Source: Nitrospirota bacterium
GTDB lineage: Bacteria > Nitrospirota > Nitrospiria > 2-01-FULL-66-17
DNA length: 64,000 nucleotides
Assembly: GCA_049325335.1 (NCBI GenBank)
Contig: JBMOMC010000002.1
Span: 32,001-96,000 of the forward strand
Reading direction: 5' to 3'
The translations under genes were made by a program, and so were the position numbers. A model generated the notes under the pieces. That model searched no databases, was not told where the DNA came from, and was given only the letters and a program-made list of their open reading frames with translations. Numbering within the stretch: position 1 is the stretch's first letter; each line of letters begins with the position of its first letter. Positions 58,696 to 64,000 of the stretch are shown piece after piece.

Positions 58696-59463
58696 CTAGA
58701 AGTGGAACACCAATCCCGCGCTGTACTCTTGGAACTCCCTGGTGCGTTCGGTGGTCATGAACAGGGTGAAATGTCGGACGTCCACGCGCCCCTCCAGGTT
58801 CCGGAACAGCGGAACGATGACTCCGACGCCGGCATGCATGGTGGGAAACGTGCCGGAGTCGGCGTTGACCAACAGGGTGGTGGGCGTGACGTGCGCGACG
58901 CCCCCGCCCATGGCGGCGTTGACCGCCAGCCACGACGCGCGCCACGGGGTTACCACGATCCCTCCGTGGTAGAGTTGCGTGCTGCCCAAGTCCCCGGCCC
59001 CAAAGCCTCCGGTCGCTTCGAACGCGAGATGGTCGGTGAGCGTGTGCGTGAACCGCACGCAGAGGACCGGATCACCCGCGAACGTGCCGGCGCTCCACCC
59101 CAATGCGGTACGGCCCGCGATGAAGTCGTCATAGATTCGCTCGGTCCAACGCTTGCGGTATCCGGATGCCATCAAGGTTTTTTCGATCTCGCGTCGATGG
59201 GCCCATCCCACGGTTCCGTTGCGGAGACGGATTTCGTACCAGTCCACGCGTTGTTTGAGCAGCCGGATGGTTTCGCCTTTCTCCGCGATATAAAAGACCG
59301 GGTAGCTGCTTCCCGGTCCGGTATGGATTTCCAGAAACGGTTCGACCACCGCGGCTTCCCGGAAGACGGGCTCCTTTCCGAACGCGACGGCGGGGCCGAC
59401 CATCAGCCCCACCGCCATGATGCAGATCCCGAGTCCCCATCCCGCAATCACCCGCGCCCTCAA
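58696..59463 (-). CDS. SH3-domain + outer-membrane beta-barrel protein
   Basis: PFLEIHTGPGSSYPVFY...DWYEI...GW (SH3b), then barrel strands with C-terminal Phe; start TTG 59463 or GTG 59451. Confidence 0.8.
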   Translation of the reverse strand: MRARVIAGWGLGICIMAVGLMVGPAVAFGKEPVFREAAVVEPFLEIHTGPGSSYPVFYIAEKGETIRLLKQRVDWYEIRLRNGTVGWAHRREIEKTLMASGYRKRWTERIYDDFIAGRTALGWSAGTFAGDPVLCVRFTHTLTDHLAFEATGGFGAGDLGSTQLYHGGIVVTPWRASWLAVNAAMGGGVAHVTPTTLLVNADSGTFPTMHAGVGVIVPLFRNLEGRVDVRHFTLFMTTERTREFQEYSAGLVFHF

Positions 59464-59927
59464 AGCGGGTTCTGGATCCAGCCCAAGATCGCGACATAAT
59501 CCGCGTCCGTCGCGCTCATGAAGATGTCTCCCCCCAGGTGCTGAATCCCGCCCGCCGCGAGCGCCAATGGTTTGGTGAGCAGTTTGCTGGTCGTCGGGTT
59601 GGCGAGGTTGGCCATGCCCGCGGCCGAGTCGCTGTTGGCGAGCAACTGATCCGCGGTGCAGGAGTTTCCCGAACAGTCGAACACCCGAAAACTCCCGCCG
59701 GGTCCTCCCGAATTCGGGTTGTCCTTGTCCCGGTAGTGGCACCCGCCCTGCGAGCAACTGCGCGCGTCGAGGATCGATTGAATCGCCGTGGCAAATACCG
59801 ACTGATCCAATTGACCGAGCGCCTCCTGCTCGCCGGGTTCCACGTGCCCGCAACCCGTTCCGAACCACGCCGTCATCATCGCGCACGCAAGTATACCCCT
59901 CGTGTGTGATCGGCCCGCCATCCTCAC
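59460..59927 (-). CDS. Putative monoheme c lipoprotein with atypical CX4CH motif
   Basis: Lipobox-like GTGC; CSQGGCH; homologous to the C-terminal heme domain of the upstream gene. Confidence 0.75.
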   Translation of the reverse strand: MRMAGRSHTRGILACAMMTAWFGTGCGHVEPGEQEALGQLDQSVFATAIQSILDARSCSQGGCHYRDKDNPNSGGPGGSFRVFDCSGNSCTADQLLANSDSAAGMANLANPTTSKLLTKPLALAAGGIQHLGGDIFMSATDADYVAILGWIQNPL

Positions 59928-62356
59928 TGCGCCGCGATGATCCAGTTGAGGATGGTGGCGTAATCCGCGTCCGTGGCGGCCAACGGCGCGGGATTCACCG
60001 GCTGGCCGTTGCGGACCATCGGCACCACGCCGGTGCCTTTGACGAACAGCAGGCTATTGGCCGGGTTGGTCACGTTCACGCGGGCCGCGGTCGCCCCAAA
60101 GTCGCCTTCGGGGTCTCCGGTCAGCACGAAATTGCTGTCGCCGCCCGCCACGTGACAACTCGCGCACCGTCGTTGCAAGATGGGCTGAATCGTGGTTTCG
60201 AACACGGTCTCGTCCAGATTCGCCCGGCCCGGATTGGTGATGACGTCGTAGTTGCTGAACTGCGCGCCCAGATCGATCCACTCCACGATGGTGCGTTTAT
60301 CTTGGGCCGACAACATCCCGGCGTGGTTATTGGCGTCGGTGGCCGGCAAGGCCACGGACGAACGGAGTTCCTCGCCGAAGATGCGCTCGACCAGATGGCT
60401 TTGGCGTGATTCCCCGGGCTGCACGAGGTCGGATCCGTCCGACTCCATTTCGCCGCCGAGCAGGGTGGTGTACGAGATCGGGAACCCGAGGCCCGACACA
60501 TCGCCGCTCAAATCAAGATTCCCGCTCGGGGTGGTTGACGAGTGGCACGACACGCATTCCGCGTCGAAGATCGTCTGCACGTGGTCCGTATAGTCAATGA
60601 CCGCGATGGTGGGCGGCGTGTACACGGACGGCGCGCGGTTGAGCGCGATCGAATCCGCGGCTGCGCGTTGCGGCTGACCGCGACGCGGCGAATGGCAGCC
60701 GTTGCAGGTCCGGCTTTCGCCGGGCCGCACCTGCAGCCAGTTTTCCTTCACCTTAAACGACCGTCCCTCATTATCGACCACGTGCAAGGTCAGGGACGTG
60801 TCGGCCGGGACCGTGACCCGGAACGAGCCGTCCGCTTCGACCGGGGCATATCCCAGGATTTTTTGGCGCTCGAAGTCGGTGAGCCCCATGTCTTCGACCC
60901 CCACCCCGGGCTGGCTCGGCACCGCCTGGACCACTCGAACCTGTCTGACCACTTGCAGCGACGCGTCGCCGACCAGCGCCGCGAAGTCGATGTTGCCGCT
61001 GCCGTCGCGCGGAATGGTCACCCCCAAGACGCTGTTCGACAACGCGCGGTTGGCTTCGGAGTCGTACACGCTTGTTGCCGCGAGCACGCCGGTTGTCCCG
61101 GTCCGGTTCGCAGGTGTACTGGGCTTGGTCGAGGGGATATCGCTGGCGGCCACGGCCATCAACGGCACCGGCTCCACGTAGACCTGCTGGGTTCCGGCGT
61201 TCGGCACTTTGATGGGTTTGAGCGTTCCGTCCGCGTTGTTGAGCATCCAGATGCCATACCGAGCCTCTTCCCCCTCGGTCACCACCCCGGTATCCTCGTC
61301 TTCCATATCTTCGACCACCTCACCGGTCGAGTAGGAGACCAGGTAGCGGTTGGTCCCGTCCGGCACCGGGTACACGTTGTGATACCGGCCGACCTCGGAG
61401 GCTTCCCGGCCGGTGGGAATCACTTGGCTTCCGGTCAACTGGAGCGACGAGGTGTTGGGGTTGTCGGCTTCCGCCGCCACGTCGACCACGCCGATGGCGC
61501 CGCCTTCAAACGTGCCGGTCAATGGCATCATGGTGCCGACCATTTGCCCATCCGGGAGCTCCCGGATGTCCAAGAACGAGTTCACCCCGGAATGGGATCC
61601 GTATTTGACGAACATGTCGGTTCCGTCCGGTCCCATCACGAACATGGGGAACTTGTTTTCTCTGCCCAAGTGTTCCCAACGACTGAACGCAATGTTCCCG
61701 TCGCGCAGGACAATCGGGTTGCGGTCGTGGCTTTGATTAAACGAAATCTGGACCACCTCGCCGCCGTCGCACGACGGTTGGGACGACGACACCGGTTGCG
61801 TGCGATCCAGCATGTGCAGCACGGTGGATCGCCGGCGTTCGTATTCGTCGAGGTGCCCGGGTCGATCCGAGGAGAACACGATTCGGCCGTCGGGCAGGTA
61901 CTGCGGATCCACTTCGTTTGACGAACCGCACGTGAGCTGGACCGGATCGCTCACCCGCGTCCCGTCCGCGTTCACGTCCACTTCGTACAGATGCCACCGG
62001 TCCGCGCTGCTGGTGCGCATCGCGAACACCACCCGAAACTGCTCGTCGGTGGTCTGGGCGAACACCTCCGGATCGCTCACATCGCCGACCCCGTTCGTGA
62101 CATCACCCGTGAGGTTTCGTAGGGTGCCGGATGGGGTGGCGGGCACCAGAGTCATCAGATCGCCGCCTGGTTCGAAGCGAATGGGATCCAATGGGTCACC
62201 AATCGCGTCGAGGCTCCGCGCCGCAAAGACGATCCCAGGGATGTCTTCCTGCGCGACCGGGCTCTCTCCGGTTCCGCAGGACCACGCGGCAACCCCGCCG
62301 ACCAGGGACAACGCGCCCCAACGGATCCACTTCATCGTTTGTGCGTGCAGTCGCAT
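59924..62356 (-). CDS. Hydrazine synthase alpha-like beta-propeller lipoprotein with three c-type heme motifs
   Basis: RBS GAGG; lipobox AWSC; TolB-like repeats (DPQYLPDGRIVFSSDR, DGNIAFSRWEH); HZS-alpha middle-domain pattern LGYAPVEADGSFRVTVPA...WLQVRPGESRTCNGCH; further CVSCH and CASCH. Confidence 0.85.
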   Translation of the reverse strand: MRLHAQTMKWIRWGALSLVGGVAAWSCGTGESPVAQEDIPGIVFAARSLDAIGDPLDPIRFEPGGDLMTLVPATPSGTLRNLTGDVTNGVGDVSDPEVFAQTTDEQFRVVFAMRTSSADRWHLYEVDVNADGTRVSDPVQLTCGSSNEVDPQYLPDGRIVFSSDRPGHLDEYERRRSTVLHMLDRTQPVSSSQPSCDGGEVVQISFNQSHDRNPIVLRDGNIAFSRWEHLGRENKFPMFVMGPDGTDMFVKYGSHSGVNSFLDIRELPDGQMVGTMMPLTGTFEGGAIGVVDVAAEADNPNTSSLQLTGSQVIPTGREASEVGRYHNVYPVPDGTNRYLVSYSTGEVVEDMEDEDTGVVTEGEEARYGIWMLNNADGTLKPIKVPNAGTQQVYVEPVPLMAVAASDIPSTKPSTPANRTGTTGVLAATSVYDSEANRALSNSVLGVTIPRDGSGNIDFAALVGDASLQVVRQVRVVQAVPSQPGVGVEDMGLTDFERQKILGYAPVEADGSFRVTVPADTSLTLHVVDNEGRSFKVKENWLQVRPGESRTCNGCHSPRRGQPQRAAADSIALNRAPSVYTPPTIAVIDYTDHVQTIFDAECVSCHSSTTPSGNLDLSGDVSGLGFPISYTTLLGGEMESDGSDLVQPGESRQSHLVERIFGEELRSSVALPATDANNHAGMLSAQDKRTIVEWIDLGAQFSNYDVITNPGRANLDETVFETTIQPILQRRCASCHVAGGDSNFVLTGDPEGDFGATAARVNVTNPANSLLFVKGTGVVPMVRNGQPVNPAPLAATDADYATILNWIIAAQ

Positions 62357-62553
62357 AGCGTCCTCGTTTCTCGGGGTGAAGAGTGGGTACATGGCTCGTC
62401 GCATAGGTGCAAATCGCATGCGAGGCTCGGTGTGGAGCTCGATCGCGGCCGCGGGGGCGAAACGCTCGATTGCCGGCTTGTCGTTGTTCGAACATGGACA
62501 TCGGATTCAAAAATGGTGATGACCCTTCCATGGGTAATTACCATCCGGTGATG

Positions 62554-63921
62554 TCAGGCGATACGCGCCGGGGCGAGCGAGCCGTCGGCGGGGGGCGTAT
62601 GCTCCTGGAGCAACACGCGGCGGTGCCAGTGTCCGGCGCGGACGCGGTGCAGCAGCAGCGCCATGCGCACGAGCCAATCCGCGGCCATCAAGCTCCACAC
62701 GGTCGTCACGTCCGCGTGCCAGACCGCCGCGCACAACCACGCCGCCGGAACCCGCACGCCCCAACTCCCGATGACCGTGCTCAGGAAGAGAAACCCCGTG
62801 TCGCCGGCTCCGCGCAGCGAACCCGACAGCGTCAACGCGAGGGCCATAGGGATCTGGAGGATCGCGGCGATCAGGAGAAACGACGCGCCGAGCGCGATGA
62901 CTTCCGGATCGTGGGTGAACAGTCGGAGCAAGGGCCCCGGCGCGAGCACGAACAGCAACGCACATCCGGCCATCATCATGACGGCCAGGCGTGCGGCTTC
63001 ACGAGTGGCGATGACCGCCTGCGTGATCTGCCGAGCGCCCAACCGTTGCCCCACCACGGTGGTCGCGGCGATGCCGATTCCCAGACCGGGGAGAAAGGAG
63101 ATCGCTTCGATCGCCATGCCGATTTGGTGCGCCGCGTACGCCACGGTGCCGTACACGATCACGGCTTTGACGAAGAGCAGTTGCGCGAGTTGTTGCAGGA
63201 TTCGATCTGCGAAGACCGGCAGTCCGACCCGCAGCACGGGCGCCATGACGGTTTGCGGGGCGCGCCCCGCGAGGAGGTACCGTTTCTTGAGGCCGACGTA
63301 GAGGAGGTACGCGGCGCCCGAGGACTCCGAGACCGCGCCGGCGACCGCCGCGCCGGTGACCCCGAGCGCGGGGAGCCCCCAGAGGCCGTGGATCAAGGGA
63401 TAGGCCGCGGCCACGTGGATGACGTTCATGCCGATCGCGGCGCACAGGGGCGAACGCGTGTTGCCCGCGCCGTGCATCACGGCGGAGATCAGGTTCACGA
63501 GCAGGGAGCAGGTAAAGAACAAAAACACGATGCGAAGATAGGGCGCGACCACGTCCACCACGTCATCGGGCGCGCCCAGAAAGATCGCGCCGTAGCGGCT
63601 GCACAATATGCCGGCCGCGCTGATGCCGATTCCCATGACCGCGCCGACCATGACGGACCGCATTCCCACGCGGCCGGCGTCGTCGCGTCGCTGCGCGCCC
63701 CAGAGTTGAGCGACCAAGACGCTGGCGCCGGCCGCCAGCCCCCACGCCGCGGTCATCCCCGTCAGCATGAGGAGTTGTCCGATGCCGACCGTGGCGATGG
63801 CGACTGTTCCCAGGCCGCCGACCAACGCCAGATCAACGATCATGGTGGCGCGTTGGAGCAGGCTGCTGAGCACCACCGGCCCCGCCAAGGAGCAGATTTC
63901 TCGGCGAATCGCGTCCATCAT
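62554..63921 (-). CDS. MATE family efflux transporter
   Basis: About 12 TM; LAGP, VDLALVGGLG, GAGNTRSP, GVTGAA, VGQRLGA, LRGAGDT. Confidence 0.93.
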   Translation of the reverse strand: MMDAIRREICSLAGPVVLSSLLQRATMIVDLALVGGLGTVAIATVGIGQLLMLTGMTAAWGLAAGASVLVAQLWGAQRRDDAGRVGMRSVMVGAVMGIGISAAGILCSRYGAIFLGAPDDVVDVVAPYLRIVFLFFTCSLLVNLISAVMHGAGNTRSPLCAAIGMNVIHVAAAYPLIHGLWGLPALGVTGAAVAGAVSESSGAAYLLYVGLKKRYLLAGRAPQTVMAPVLRVGLPVFADRILQQLAQLLFVKAVIVYGTVAYAAHQIGMAIEAISFLPGLGIGIAATTVVGQRLGARQITQAVIATREAARLAVMMMAGCALLFVLAPGPLLRLFTHDPEVIALGASFLLIAAILQIPMALALTLSGSLRGAGDTGFLFLSTVIGSWGVRVPAAWLCAAVWHADVTTVWSLMAADWLVRMALLLHRVRAGHWHRRVLLQEHTPPADGSLAPARIA

Positions 63922-64000
63922 GAATGTGTGAGAGGCGGTAGCAAGATAACACAGCCCTGTGGCGTGTCTATCCAATGACGGGGTGAGCGGCGGACGTGCG

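Noticed and set aside
46235..59463. Calling the cluster a gliding motility apparatus
   Set aside because: Cytoplasmic coupling parts (FHA-bearing GltG/J, GltI, MglA) are not seen in the operon, and the redox genes point to another role.
59924..62356. Calling this a true hydrazine synthase or the organism an anammox bacterium
   Set aside because: No hzsB/hzsC or other anammox genes nearby; it has a lipobox and a different heme count; only domain-level similarity is supported.
62408..62423. Canonical sigma54 promoter for the large operon
   Set aside because: The near-invariant -24 GG is CG; kept only as a weak note in findings.

Overview
GC-rich bacterial chromosomal window with about 67 protein-coding genes and no rRNA, tRNA, CRISPR array or intact transposase that I could see. 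Gene content (type E SdhB/SdhE, homo-oligomeric Sat, many c-type cytochromes) would fit a Nitrospirota- or Deltaproteobacteria-like organism; this is inference only. The left two thirds holds housekeeping and signalling genes: Cph1/Rcp1-type two-component genes with a PhnD-like binding protein, sdhB-sdhE-mdh plus a lone NuoF homolog, Fe-S proteins, a cysH/sulfite reductase-TusA/sat sulfate assimilation operon, pabB/pabC-like genes, HEAT + HD-GYP, and a sigma54 two-component module flanked by twin lipoproteins. It also has two copies of a MITE-like repeat, a lower-GC DUF4236 insert and a clade II chlorite dismutase. The standout is a tightly coupled 17-gene minus-strand operon (62356->46235) joining three modules: (i) a tri-heme hydrazine-synthase-alpha-like lipoprotein and a related mono-heme lipoprotein, (ii) outer-membrane barrels with a TlpA/DUF4266/DUF3570/ApbE flavinylation module, and (iii) an Agl-Glt-like (TolQ/TolR/TolR/TonB-like + TPR) proton-motive-force motor. 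It is a candidate envelope-spanning, energised redox or transport machine of unknown function. All family assignments come from motif recognition by eye, not database searches.
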